Shown here in pieces: positions 20,203-29,875 of a stretch of DNA of 64,000 bases; within the stretch, counting starts at the first letter, position 1; each line of letters begins with the position of its first letter. The DNA is from a virus. The position numbers and the translations under genes are program-made. The DNA lies in IMG/VR virus record IMGVR_UViG_3300031857_022279. One strand, 5' to 3'. The notes beneath the pieces are model-generated. The model ran no database searches. It was not told where the DNA came from and worked only from the letters and a program-made list of their open reading frames with translations.

Positions 20203-20826
20203 TTACTTACTTAGAAGTTTAATTAGATCTTCGGTGATTTTGGTAATTAATTTTTTACCAGGTTCTATCTCAACATTTGGAATGTTTTTAATACTAGAGA
20301 ACTCTTCAGCCCCACCTACTTCAATTGATTCAATAAGATTTGACATTTCAGCACTATCTTTATATTGGTTCAAATAAAAGGTCTTCAATTCTAAGACAAA
20401 CTTTGCCATATCAAAACCTTTCTTATTATTATACTTAACCATTTGAAGCTCATTATCTTGTTTTTCAACAAGTATATACCAAATAGAATTTTTTGAAATT
20501 TTTACATTTTCTAAGAAATTATAGGCCTTTGAAGCTTTAACTTTTTTTGGAAATTTTGCAACTTTACCGAAAAAATTTACATTAGATTCATTAGCCTCAG
20601 GATCATTTTCAGAGTCTGATGGTAATTCAATATTTTGGTCTTGTGGTATCAAATTTTTTCTTGATGGCATTTTTTGAATCTTAGAAGATTTATATGGCAA
20701 ATTTGGATTAGCAGGTCTATCTGAATCTGTCATTGGTTGAGCACTTGGTGAAACTTCTTTAAGTTCCTTTTCGCCTTTCATTTCCGTGAATTTCTTAAAT
20801 CCGGATATCTTTTTATTATCTGCCAT
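20203..20826 (-). CDS. Hypothetical protein with CTS-like segment
   Basis: KKISGFKKFTE near the N-terminus; TAATATATA upstream. Confidence 0.75.
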   Translation of the reverse strand: MADNKKISGFKKFTEMKGEKELKEVSPSAQPMTDSDRPANPNLPYKSSKIQKMPSRKNLIPQDQNIELPSDSENDPEANESNVNFFGKVAKFPKKVKASKAYNFLENVKISKNSIWYILVEKQDNELQMVKYNNKKGFDMAKFVLELKTFYLNQYKDSAEMSNLIESIEVGGAEEFSSIKNIPNVEIEPGKKLITKITEDLIKLLSK

Positions 20827-20848
20827 ATCTTTTAATTTCTTTGTCTAT

Positions 20849-20857
20849 TATATATTA
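20849..20857 (-). promoter_or_regulatory. TAATATATA motif (putative late promoter)
   Basis: Exact match 22 nt upstream of ATG 20826. Confidence 0.55.
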
Positions 20858-20875
20858 TAATTAAATATTGTTTTT

Positions 20876-21130
20876 TTACCTACTGTGTTTATAATGGTAC
20901 TTGTCTACAATATAGTTTTTAAAGTTTTTCATCACATTCATTTGGTCGAATAAAAGAGAAACTAATGGTTGCATTTTATTTAACCAACTATTCATCATAT
21001 CATTTTCATACATATATGGTGACAGTGATGAGTTGAGTATCTGTTTCTCATAATCAACATAATCTTTAAAGTCATCATGACGATGCTTTAAGAAGTATAA
21101 CTCAGGTATTTCTTTTCTTTCAATTAGCAT
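20876..21130 (-). CDS. Small protein after the baseplate wedge gene (possibly wedge-associated)
   Basis: 84 aa, 1 nt downstream of the gp6-like gene; function inferred from position. Confidence 0.55.
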   Translation of the reverse strand: MLIERKEIPELYFLKHRHDDFKDYVDYEKQILNSSLSPYMYENDMMNSWLNKMQPLVSLLFDQMNVMKNFKNYIVDKYHYKHSR

Positions 21131-21131
21131 T

Positions 21132-22895
21132 TTAAACTACATTATTTCTTAGTTTTGAATCTACAACACCTTTTTTGATAATGTTAATAGACTTCAAAGT
21201 TGTAGAGGCCATGTCATCTGAAAAGTAAATACCATTTCTATCATACCAACCACCTCTGATAATTGGAATTTCTTTTGGTTCAAAAATAATATCTCCAAGA
21301 ACCGGATCAAGACCTAGTGTTGTATTTGGTTTATAATCAGGATTCCGTTTTACTGGATCGAATTCCGATTCAACCATTATGTCTTTATTTTTATTAGCAC
21401 TAATATTAGTCTCGAATTTGGTTTTATTTTTTCTTAGATTTTCTTTTCTACTAATTTCTTCTCTGTGATATTCTTCATTTTTCTTACATATAAATTGAAC
21501 ATCAACTGAATGAATATCATTTATCCCAGAAAGTACTTTAACTAAATCTGATTTAGGAATTCTATCAATTCTACTGAAGTTCAAAAAATACTCAGAGACA
21601 GCATCTTGCACTTGAGACTGAACTGAATCATCATTCGAATCTGAATATCTTATCACAAATACATTCATTATATAATATGAAAGTACCGGTGAGTCTATTC
21701 TATATTTTTTTGTTATTTGTATATTACCAGTTGTTCTAAGATACTTATCTATTTTAGATTTTTCGTATCTATCGAGTTCAAATGCTCTTGTACTAACTGC
21801 AAAATAATCAGCATTTTGGTTTTTAAATAGTCTTATATTAGGAGTAGCAACTATGTAAACTATTCCTAAATCCTCATACGCATTGACGTGTGAGAAGACA
21901 CCTAATTTTTTTATTTCATAGGCATATTGCTGTGGTAAACCTAGAACAAAATTATTAGAAACAATAGGTAATATATTTTTTGTAAAAACAACATTCTCTT
22001 TATTTGCTCCAAAGTTTATATCATTAAATATTTGAACTGTGAATATCTTTGCAGCATCAACACCATTACCTTCGCCGTCAATCGCCTCGTCTACAAATTT
22101 CCAGTCATTTACAGTTCTTCTAAATATATTTCCATTTGCACCATCTGAAACTAAATATGTAATTGCAATACTCGATCCGATTTCTGGTATTGCACCAAAA
22201 CCACCATTTCCGAATATTATATCAATACCACCATTGAATCCGGTTTTAACAACACACGCATTCTCATTTGGTAAAAGATCATATAAATGTCTTTTTATTG
22301 ACCAGTAGTTACCATTTACTGTGACTTCAACATTGAAATTTTCTATATCTTGTTGACCACTTAATGTCACTTGGTAAGTCTGATTTGAATTACCGGTACC
22401 TGTATATGTAGTTGTTGTGAATTTACCTTGTATAAGTGGTAAAAATATTTGAGTTGAGTTTATCACTTTAAATACTAACTTATCTTGACCAAGATAAATT
22501 GAGTAATCAAGACCATTCGTCTTATTTTTTAAAACTTGTCTATTAAGGAAAGTTATTTTACCACCTTTTAATTCTTTATCTAGTTCAGTTCCTGGTTTCA
22601 CAGTTAATCTTAAATTACCAGTTGCTGAGATGTTTCTACCTGGATTATGACCCGCAAATATTGCAGCATTTCTAACAATTATGGGATTTACTGAATTTGG
22701 TTCACTTAAATCGAATTGATTGATAGAGTTTTTTAAGTATAGAAATGATAATTGATGTAGATTTTGAAGAACATTTAAAATTTGACCATAAGGTGAAGCA
22801 GGAGAGTATAATATCTGAGCCTTGTTATGTTCAAGTCTAAGAAATCTTTCGATCTCACCTTTGATTAGATTAAATGAAATTTCAACAAACTTCAT
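21132..22895 (-). CDS. Baseplate wedge subunit (T4 gp6 / baseplate J-like)
   Basis: TGTGNSNQTY...VEVTVNG..W...DIIFGNGGFGAIPEIGSSIAITYLVSDGANGN core typical of gp6-like wedges. Confidence 0.8.
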   Translation of the reverse strand: MKFVEISFNLIKGEIERFLRLEHNKAQILYSPASPYGQILNVLQNLHQLSFLYLKNSINQFDLSEPNSVNPIIVRNAAIFAGHNPGRNISATGNLRLTVKPGTELDKELKGGKITFLNRQVLKNKTNGLDYSIYLGQDKLVFKVINSTQIFLPLIQGKFTTTTYTGTGNSNQTYQVTLSGQQDIENFNVEVTVNGNYWSIKRHLYDLLPNENACVVKTGFNGGIDIIFGNGGFGAIPEIGSSIAITYLVSDGANGNIFRRTVNDWKFVDEAIDGEGNGVDAAKIFTVQIFNDINFGANKENVVFTKNILPIVSNNFVLGLPQQYAYEIKKLGVFSHVNAYEDLGIVYIVATPNIRLFKNQNADYFAVSTRAFELDRYEKSKIDKYLRTTGNIQITKKYRIDSPVLSYYIMNVFVIRYSDSNDDSVQSQVQDAVSEYFLNFSRIDRIPKSDLVKVLSGINDIHSVDVQFICKKNEEYHREEISRKENLRKNKTKFETNISANKNKDIMVESEFDPVKRNPDYKPNTTLGLDPVLGDIIFEPKEIPIIRGGWYDRNGIYFSDDMASTTLKSINIIKKGVVDSKLRNNVV

Positions 22896-22902
22896 ACTTT
22901 AT

Positions 22903-23220
22903 TTAGATTTTTATATAGTCTTCTGAGAATCTATTGTTCTGGAATATATCTTCAGTTAAAAACACTATATTCTCACTATTTGTATCTCTTGATATTAGCT
23001 CTGAATTTTCAACTAGTGGATTACTAAAATACTTGACTTCAAAATTAGATTTACCATCTATGTTACTAAAAGGAACAATCATTTTTAAAATCTTTGACTC
23101 ATTTATAGTGATTTCAAAATATTTTCCGAATTCTTTAGAAGCCTTTTCTGTTATTTGAACATCATTATATTTGTCCGATAAGTTTACATGAATTCTATTA
23201 ATATTATAACGAATATCCAT
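22903..23220 (-). CDS. Hypothetical protein leading the wedge operon
   Basis: 105 aa; TAATATATA upstream. Confidence 0.7.
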   Translation of the reverse strand: MDIRYNINRIHVNLSDKYNDVQITEKASKEFGKYFEITINESKILKMIVPFSNIDGKSNFEVKYFSNPLVENSELISRDTNSENIVFLTEDIFQNNRFSEDYIKI

Positions 23221-23239
23221 TGAATAGGTAATTTTTAAT

Positions 23240-23248
23240 TATATATTA
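23240..23248 (-). promoter_or_regulatory. TAATATATA motif (putative late promoter)
   Basis: Exact match 19 nt upstream of ATG 23220. Confidence 0.55.
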
Positions 23249-23267
23249 ATTTAGTGTCTGACCTAAT

Positions 23268-23276
23268 TAATATATA
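23268..23276 (+). promoter_or_regulatory. TAATATATA motif upstream of the hairpin cluster
   Basis: Exact match with no convincing ORF before the terminator at 23330-23368. Confidence 0.55.
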
Positions 23277-23281
23277 AAATA

Positions 23282-23368
23282 TATTTTTTTAGACGGCTTA
23301 GGACCGTCATGTTGTTACGACACATGTTTAAATCCAGGAAACTCGCTCCTTCCTGGATTTTTCTTTTT
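23282..23368 (+). ncRNA. Candidate structured small RNA (three hairpins)
   Basis: GACGG-CTTAGGA-CCGTC; CATG(T)TGT-TACG-ACACATG (UNCG loop); 11-bp terminator stem. Flanked by promoter-like motifs. Confidence 0.5.
23330..23368 (+). terminator. Intrinsic terminator hairpin
   Basis: AAATCCAGGAA / TTCCTGGATTT stem, 9-nt loop, then TTCTTTTT. Confidence 0.75.
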
Positions 23369-23376
23369 AATATATA
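23368..23376 (+). promoter_or_regulatory. TAATATATA motif (putative late promoter)
   Basis: Exact match 5 nt upstream of ATG 23382. Confidence 0.6.
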
Positions 23377-23381
23377 CCACT

Positions 23382-24104
23382 ATGGGCGTTGAAGAACTAA
23401 TAATGATGTTGCAGAAGTACGGGTTGAAAGGTCTCTTCCTAGGAATAGTTTATATTGTAATACGTAGTATGATCAAAAGTGAATGGTTTGGTAAATGGTG
23501 GTCACAATTCACTGATAAGTTCATAGAGTTTTTTATGAAAAAAAAGGTAAAAGAAATACCACACGAAGTTACAGAATCCGATATTTCAAACCATGATATT
23601 TTTAACTATATAGACTTTTGGACCTATTCTAAAGTTCCAACTTTTCAATTTTCTACGGAGTACAGAACTGTTGTTTTTAAAAAATATTTATCTGTATTTC
23701 TGAAATCATACAAAAGAGGTCTACAGGAATTTGTACAATCTAAAGATTATCAGAAAATGGATCAATCTGAATTATGGAAAAGTTTATTATCACTTTTAAA
23801 TAAAATAATTATGGAATATGAAAGAGAATGTGAAGAGTTAGGCATACCTAAAATTGTTGTGTTGAAAATGAAATCTAAAAATAACGATACAATTACACTA
23901 ACAATAGATATTATAGAGAGTATTACTAATTCTCAATTTTATGAGAGTGAACAAAATTTCTTGAAGATGTATTCAATATTAAACATACTTCTTTCAATCT
24001 TAGAAAACACCATATCAAACTCGATTTCAGTTTGTAATTCAATAAATGGTCAATTGAAAGGTTTGTCTATAATTGATAATGGTAAGACCTATACAGAACC
24101 TTAG
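23382..24104 (+). CDS. N-terminally membrane-anchored protein (holin-like topology possible)
   Basis: One hydrophobic helix (GLFLGIVYIVI) followed by a helical soluble domain; the holin idea is speculative. Confidence 0.55.
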   Translation: MGVEELIMMLQKYGLKGLFLGIVYIVIRSMIKSEWFGKWWSQFTDKFIEFFMKKKVKEIPHEVTESDISNHDIFNYIDFWTYSKVPTFQFSTEYRTVVFKKYLSVFLKSYKRGLQEFVQSKDYQKMDQSELWKSLLSLLNKIIMEYERECEELGIPKIVVLKMKSKNNDTITLTIDIIESITNSQFYESEQNFLKMYSILNILLSILENTISNSISVCNSINGQLKGLSIIDNGKTYTEP

Positions 24105-24643
24105 TCCATAAGTTCATAAACCTCATTTGCCGTAAATTCAGGATCAGTTATTTTGAGGTCATAATCCTTAAAGTTTAAGAAATCAAGCTCATCAGCATCT
24201 AATCTTCTTTTAATAGAATCATTTTGATCTTTTCTAAAAGAAAGTCTTTGCTCTCTTACTTTTCTATCTATATCAAGATAAACAACAAAACACTTTTTTC
24301 TATCTGACTCTTCTATTTGTGATAATTCACCAGGTGTCATAATGAAAACCTGAGCACTAGTAAATTCTTCTTTTGTTATTCCGTAATACCACTTCTGAGG
24401 TTCTTTATTTTGCGGAGTGACCATAAATGTTTGGTGACATAAAAACTTACTGTCGGTTAGTAGACTTTCAAATTTAGAATCGTCTACAAAATTATAGGTG
24501 ACATTCTGAGTCTCATTAATTCTCATTGGTCTTGTGGTTGTCTTAATGCAAGGTTTTAGACCCTTTTCTACCAATTTTCGAAGTAGGTGATCTTTTCCTG
24601 CTCCAGAAGATCCGAGTATTATTACTTTCTCTTGTTTATTCAA
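24101..24643 (-). CDS. gmk: Guanylate kinase-like protein
   Basis: P-loop GSSGAGKD, TTTRPMRINE, YNFV, WYYG; TTG start. Confidence 0.85.
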   Translation of the reverse strand: MNKQEKVIILGSSGAGKDHLLRKLVEKGLKPCIKTTTRPMRINETQNVTYNFVDDSKFESLLTDSKFLCHQTFMVTPQNKEPQKWYYGITKEEFTSAQVFIMTPGELSQIEESDRKKCFVVYLDIDRKVREQRLSFRKDQNDSIKRRLDADELDFLNFKDYDLKITDPEFTANEVYELMD

Positions 24644-24687
24644 AATAAATATAGTTTACATGGTATATTTATTTTGTGAAAAAATGT

Positions 24688-25521
24688 TTATTTTTGAGAT
24701 TTTATTATATCGGTTATTTCAGATTTAATCTTACCGAGTTCAGTATATTCAAACTCTTTTGGAAATTTATTTTCCTCTTTTTTTACTCCAATATAATCTT
24801 CTCTAAACATAACTTGAGCGATATGTTTTTTATTTAAATGAATTTCAAAATCTGAACCAACTTGCTTTATAGTGCAGTCCAGTGATTTTATATGTGATTT
24901 GATAGTATCTTGAAATTTTGAAATATCTACCGCTTCTTTTTTACTTTTCTTAGAAACATCAAAAGTCTTTCCCTCTTTGACCTTTGTTACTTTAGTAGTG
25001 ACATCTTTTTTCTCAAAGTCACTAAAATTCATTACTTTACCAGAAGGCTTTTTATCTTTTAAAAGTTCTTTTAAGGTTTTAATATTAAGTGGTTTGACTC
25101 TTGATTTTTTAGTAATCACGTTAGGGTCACTTTCTTTTCTTGTTTTATTTTGACCAGGTGCTGCGATTTTTTGAAACACTCTGTTTGCACCACTTGGGTT
25201 GTATGGAACTGCAATATCTCCACTGCCTTCTCTTCCTCCACCTGTTATCCATGCTGTACCAGTTAAAGCACCTGGAAAATGTGACGGTGTTGAAGATGCT
25301 ACTCCACCCATACCAGCGGTTGTTGCATTTGCAAGAGCTACTCCAGCACTACCAACACCTACACTCGAAGCACCGGCCGAACCTGCTGGTCCTCCTGTAG
25401 CTGAAGTATTTTCTAATAGACTTTCCTTCTCTTGAATAAGATTTTTAATTTGGTTAATTTCTATTTCAGAATTTGTCTTTTTCAAAAGATTATAAAGTTC
25501 GTATAGTGAAAGTTCTTCCAT
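24688..25521 (-). CDS. Hypothetical late protein with Gly/Ala/Ser-rich segment
   Basis: 277 aa; internal KVMNFSDF; TAATATATA upstream. Confidence 0.75.
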   Translation of the reverse strand: MEELSLYELYNLLKKTNSEIEINQIKNLIQEKESLLENTSATGGPAGSAGASSVGVGSAGVALANATTAGMGGVASSTPSHFPGALTGTAWITGGGREGSGDIAVPYNPSGANRVFQKIAAPGQNKTRKESDPNVITKKSRVKPLNIKTLKELLKDKKPSGKVMNFSDFEKKDVTTKVTKVKEGKTFDVSKKSKKEAVDISKFQDTIKSHIKSLDCTIKQVGSDFEIHLNKKHIAQVMFREDYIGVKKEENKFPKEFEYTELGKIKSEITDIIKSQK

Positions 25522-25539
25522 ACCAGTCTTAATTTTTAT

Positions 25540-25548
25540 TATATATTA
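25540..25548 (-). promoter_or_regulatory. TAATATATA motif (putative late promoter)
   Basis: Exact match 18 nt upstream of ATG 25521. Confidence 0.55.
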
Positions 25549-25581
25549 AAACATCACTACAATAATTTAATATTAATAAAG

Positions 25582-26151
25582 ATGAATAGCCTAAAGAGTC
25601 TGGAGTTACAAAGACTTATTAAAGAATTACAATTTGTTGAATCAGACTATATCTATCAATCTGAAGTAGTTAGACAATCTAATCAGTACTTTCTTGAGTC
25701 TGTAGATTCACTTTTAAATGACTATCCAGACTTGAAGAGAATCTGGACCGAAAAAAATACCAAGCAGTCTGAGGTAAATATTCAAGATTTACCGACTGAA
25801 ATTGAAAAGACAAAATTGAATGTTGATACAAAGGTAAAAAAGATATACCGAGAGATTGTAAAATCAACTCATCCTGATAAAATTAAAAACTCAAAGCTTA
25901 ATGAACTTTATCTTGAAGCAACGTTCGCATATGAAACTAATGATATTGTTACTCTTTACAAAGTTTGCTCTGAACTAATGATAGATTTTAAATTTGATGA
26001 TTCAGAAATTGAAACTATTAAAAGTAGAATAAATGAAATAAAAAGTCAGATAAATTTCTTAGAATCAACTTATACGTTTAAATGGTTGAAGTCATCTGAG
26101 GTTGAGAAAACTAAAGTGGTACTTAGATTTATTGAAGAGAGACTTAAATAA
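25582..26151 (+). CDS. J-domain (DnaJ-like) co-chaperone
   Basis: VKKIYREIVKSTHPDK, i.e. helix II plus HPD. Confidence 0.75.
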   Translation: MNSLKSLELQRLIKELQFVESDYIYQSEVVRQSNQYFLESVDSLLNDYPDLKRIWTEKNTKQSEVNIQDLPTEIEKTKLNVDTKVKKIYREIVKSTHPDKIKNSKLNELYLEATFAYETNDIVTLYKVCSELMIDFKFDDSEIETIKSRINEIKSQINFLESTYTFKWLKSSEVEKTKVVLRFIEERLK

Positions 26152-26773
26152 TATTTACTTTAACCTTTCTTTCGTCTATTATCTTTTGTAAATCCTCTTT
26201 AGTAACATCTCTTTTATAAATATCACTTTGACTTTCTATATTTTGTAAAATCCAATCGTTACCGTTTGAAGTTGTATAGATATAATTTGTATCACCTTCT
26301 ATAATCTCAATTGTCTTGCTTGCTAGTTTATCATAGAATTTTTTTATATCATCATTTACTTTATATAAACTAGCATCTTCCCATTTTTGTATAGTTGAAT
26401 TATAGGTTTGAAAAATAATATATTCTGGATTTTCTAATTCATTTGAGTTGAAGTCATAGAGAAACATAAACCTACAAGGCTTATTTAAAAAGGTTTGAAA
26501 GTCGTCAGTATTTTGGAGAGCAGATTTCTTTAAACCAATTGATGAGAGTGAATTTACAAATTCTATATTATTAGATAACTCATCTAGATTCATTTTTTCT
26601 TTAAATTCATCAGACAAGTTAAGTGTTTTAAATATATCTACATTTTGTGCAGAGATAGAAGATAAAAGAACGTCTCCCCATATGTTTAAGGATTCCATCA
26701 AGTCAATAGTATTAAAAGTCAAGTCTACAACTATAGACTCTTTAAATTGACTAAACTTTTTTATCCATTTCAT
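26144..26773 (-). CDS. Hypothetical protein with CTS-like N-terminus
   Basis: Starts MKWIKKFSQFKES. Confidence 0.75.
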   Translation of the reverse strand: MKWIKKFSQFKESIVVDLTFNTIDLMESLNIWGDVLLSSISAQNVDIFKTLNLSDEFKEKMNLDELSNNIEFVNSLSSIGLKKSALQNTDDFQTFLNKPCRFMFLYDFNSNELENPEYIIFQTYNSTIQKWEDASLYKVNDDIKKFYDKLASKTIEIIEGDTNYIYTTSNGNDWILQNIESQSDIYKRDVTKEDLQKIIDERKVKVNII

Positions 26774-26777
26774 AAAG

Positions 26778-26786
26778 TATATATTA
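26778..26786 (-). promoter_or_regulatory. TAATATATA motif (putative late promoter)
   Basis: Exact match 4 nt upstream of ATG 26773. Confidence 0.6.
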
Positions 26787-29700
26787 TTACCATCTGTTGG
26801 TTTTTAAGAACTGTACGAATCTAGGTGTTGGTGCGGCATCTACTTTACCTGATGTTATCGAACCATGTGTGAAATATCCTGGTAAATCTTTTTTCCACTG
26901 TTTACCATCACCAAACATCGTGTAGAAATTACTTTCATTTAGTCCGTTCCAAGCTGGCAGAGTTGGAATTCTTTGTCTTAGATACTTTAATAGTTTTAAT
27001 AGTGATACTAATTGTGCCTCACTAACTTCTTGACCTCTTTTTATACCACGCCATTTTTGTGAATTAAGATTGATATCACAATAGTCAACATAATTTTCAA
27101 TAAGTCTATAATCTCCGGTTCTATTTTTGTAAGTTGAACTATTTTCAATACCACTTGTAGACCCTAAGCATGCCATTGATATACCAATTGAGGTATCATT
27201 TGCTTGTTTAGCATGGTATGCTTTATACTCTGGTGGTACTAAATTCTCTATGTGTCCAGTTACGTCAATTATATAGTGATAGCTGAGTCCTCTATCAAAG
27301 AGTGTTTTAATAGTCGCCTCGTTTTTATCTGTTTTTTGCCACCCGGCACTGTAGTGGAAAATAACTTGAGTCTTTTTCGATGAATTTTTCGAGTAGGCTC
27401 CGCCTTTAATAGGGAATCCAGATGGTGTGGACTTTGTTGGTGACTCAGGTGCCTCTGGTATTTCTGATGCCATATCACCATACTCACCAGTAGGATAAGC
27501 TTCTTGAGACGATGGATTTGGAGTTGTGCCAGTCGTATTTGTATTATTTGGAGTTGGTTCAGGAGAGGCTTGATCATTTGGTGATAGTTCATTACTTTGT
27601 GACTTCTGATTATCTTCACCACTATTTGCTTTTGATTTCGATTCAGATTCCTCACCTTTAATCAAAGAAAGTTCTCTAAGTATTGCAGTAACTATTTGAT
27701 ACTGTTTTCCCGAAATAAAAGACATTTCAATACCTGTGATTAACCAATCACCAGTCAATCTTTTTAATACTCCTTCTGGAGCTGATGGTGTTGGCTTTGT
27801 AAGTGTAAAAAATACAGGCACCTTCTGGTAAAGATATAAATTATGGTTTGGATTTGGTAAATAAAATTTAGCAGAGAACTTAGCTATATCATCTAAGTTT
27901 TGTCGATTTTGTGAAATCGAGTAATTATAGTTTTTATGTACGTTTCCTTGACCATCTTCAAAAGAGTCTATTTTACCTGAATAATAGAAGTTTGTATTAT
28001 TCTCAAAAAAACTATTATCGTCAGGATCACCTTTTAAAATAATTGATTTTGAACCATCTGAAGTCTGTGATTCTACGTCGAATATTAAAAGTTCTTTTTT
28101 CACAGTATCATAATACTTAGTTTTTGTTCTATAAGATTTTTTTATTGAAACCTTAGTTGACTTATTCATCAACTCGAATTTTTCTATGTATGATGTACTT
28201 GCTTTTATTGCCTTATCAGTAGATAAAAGTAAGTCAACGACCTTTTCATCAATTTCTTGATCATCCTCACCATTTTTGTATTTCCAACCATATGCGCTAA
28301 TCATCTTATCTTGACTAACGTCTCTTAAAAGTTCTTTACTAACATCCACATAACAAAGATTGTAATAAAAATCTATATAGCACAGTTGAAATGATTGATC
28401 AGAAACATATGAGTTTAACATAATATTATCTACAAACTCCATATTTCTAAAACCTGTATTTATCCAAGTCATTTTATCATCACTATTCTGTATATTAGAA
28501 CAAAATCCGATACCACATTGTCTCGCTACTTCCTGTAAAGCCTCGTGTGATGTTTTTGATCCAAAACTTGCAAATCTTCTAATATACATTTCTGGTATGT
28601 TACATATACCAACTATTGTATATGACCCCTGACCATTGTCTCGGAAATTAAATATCTTAAAGTCCATGTGAATTGATCTAAGATTCTTAGACCTTGAGTT
28701 TATATAGATTGTTATTTTGCCGTCATCTTTAGGTATACCATCATTTTTTAAAAGTCCCAATGAGTCTATAAATGTTGTCTCTATTACCGGTAATATGCCT
28801 TTATGATATAATTTAAATTTTTCTAAATCTGTGACTTTAATTTCATAATTATTGATGTAAACAAGTGGCATATAACCAAGCTCAGATGAAACCTTTTTCT
28901 TTGATGATTCACTCATATCAGCGAGATTTATCGTAATATCAGTTGGAACTATTGTCGGTTTGAAAAACTGTGTCAGGTTTGTTACTGGCGCACCTGACGA
29001 GTTATTACTAGTATTATTCGATGAGCCATCACCGCCTGTTTGATCCTGATCTTGTATTTCATTTTGTTGTTGTGTTTGTGCGTCTCCAGTAGCTCCAGCT
29101 GATGATGGATTTTCTGGAGGAGATGTCGTACCTTCTGGATTTTTTTCTAGATAGTCAATTAAAAAAGAGTGACATAGTTTAGCTTTGTCGTAATTTTTCC
29201 TAACACTATCATTAGTTGTAGATTTACCAAACCCAGCTGTCATGTTTATTATACACAAGAGAGCTTGATCCCAGTTATTAAAGTCATTCACTGACTCTAC
29301 GTTAAATTTTGACTTTATTTTTTTCTTACTATTAAAATCCCCATCCACATAAAATGCAACACATGCTATTGCTGCATTTTTTGGATCGTTTAATAGATCT
29401 GGATTATTCACAAGACCCGGGATGTATGCCTCCTTTTTTTTGTATCCAGACTTAAATGTTATCTGATTGAATCCCCTACCTCTATACCTCCAGCCATCCC
29501 CTTGATCAGTATTTCCGTATCTTCCAATTTTATATTTACCATTTTCCCAAACACCACCATAAATGTAATTTGCGATTTTCTCAGGTTTTTTGGCATAATC
29601 AGCTGGATTAGCTCGACCGCTTTGAAAATAGCTACCAAAAGTATTTCTTAAACCTGATTCACTATAATTTAAATTTTCATTTTGAGGTACGAATCCTGAC

Positions 29701-29864
29701 TCTTTTGAAACGGTTGCTAATATTCCGGCAATAATGTACTTATTGGTCACTCCTCTTCTTTTACATTCACCAATTATCGCGTCTATCGCTGTTTTTGAAA
29801 ATTTTCTAGTTGTTCCTTTAGTATCTTTTGCAACTAAATTTCCATTTTTAATTTCATAAGCCAT
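26787..29864 (-). CDS. Baseplate hub-like protein with N-terminal GH19 lysozyme/chitinase and C-terminal Amidase_2 domain
   Basis: GH19: ATVSKESGF, ENLNYS, GDGWRYRGRGFNQIT, NPDLL. Amidase: VIFHYSAG, SYHYIID, AYHA, SIGISM, FTHG. The central region resembles gp27/GpD hubs and lies in the baseplate operon. Confidence 0.75.
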   Translation of the reverse strand: MAYEIKNGNLVAKDTKGTTRKFSKTAIDAIIGECKRRGVTNKYIIAGILATVSKESGFVPQNENLNYSESGLRNTFGSYFQSGRANPADYAKKPEKIANYIYGGVWENGKYKIGRYGNTDQGDGWRYRGRGFNQITFKSGYKKKEAYIPGLVNNPDLLNDPKNAAIACVAFYVDGDFNSKKKIKSKFNVESVNDFNNWDQALLCIINMTAGFGKSTTNDSVRKNYDKAKLCHSFLIDYLEKNPEGTTSPPENPSSAGATGDAQTQQQNEIQDQDQTGGDGSSNNTSNNSSGAPVTNLTQFFKPTIVPTDITINLADMSESSKKKVSSELGYMPLVYINNYEIKVTDLEKFKLYHKGILPVIETTFIDSLGLLKNDGIPKDDGKITIYINSRSKNLRSIHMDFKIFNFRDNGQGSYTIVGICNIPEMYIRRFASFGSKTSHEALQEVARQCGIGFCSNIQNSDDKMTWINTGFRNMEFVDNIMLNSYVSDQSFQLCYIDFYYNLCYVDVSKELLRDVSQDKMISAYGWKYKNGEDDQEIDEKVVDLLLSTDKAIKASTSYIEKFELMNKSTKVSIKKSYRTKTKYYDTVKKELLIFDVESQTSDGSKSIILKGDPDDNSFFENNTNFYYSGKIDSFEDGQGNVHKNYNYSISQNRQNLDDIAKFSAKFYLPNPNHNLYLYQKVPVFFTLTKPTPSAPEGVLKRLTGDWLITGIEMSFISGKQYQIVTAILRELSLIKGEESESKSKANSGEDNQKSQSNELSPNDQASPEPTPNNTNTTGTTPNPSSQEAYPTGEYGDMASEIPEAPESPTKSTPSGFPIKGGAYSKNSSKKTQVIFHYSAGWQKTDKNEATIKTLFDRGLSYHYIIDVTGHIENLVPPEYKAYHAKQANDTSIGISMACLGSTSGIENSSTYKNRTGDYRLIENYVDYCDINLNSQKWRGIKRGQEVSEAQLVSLLKLLKYLRQRIPTLPAWNGLNESNFYTMFGDGKQWKKDLPGYFTHGSITSGKVDAAPTPRFVQFLKTNRW

Positions 29865-29875
29865 AATAAATATAT

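Noticed and set aside
23292-23360. Pistol or HDV-like ribozyme assignment for the hairpin cluster
   Set aside because: Hairpin 1 resembles pistol P1, but the following UAAA linker and a full loop-complementary segment are missing; the nested HDV P1/P2/P3 order could not be built.
23309-23392. 27-aa ORF (MLLRHMFKSRKLAPSW...) across the hairpins
   Set aside because: It runs through the terminator and the next promoter motif and overlaps the next gene; the RNA structure explains the sequence better.
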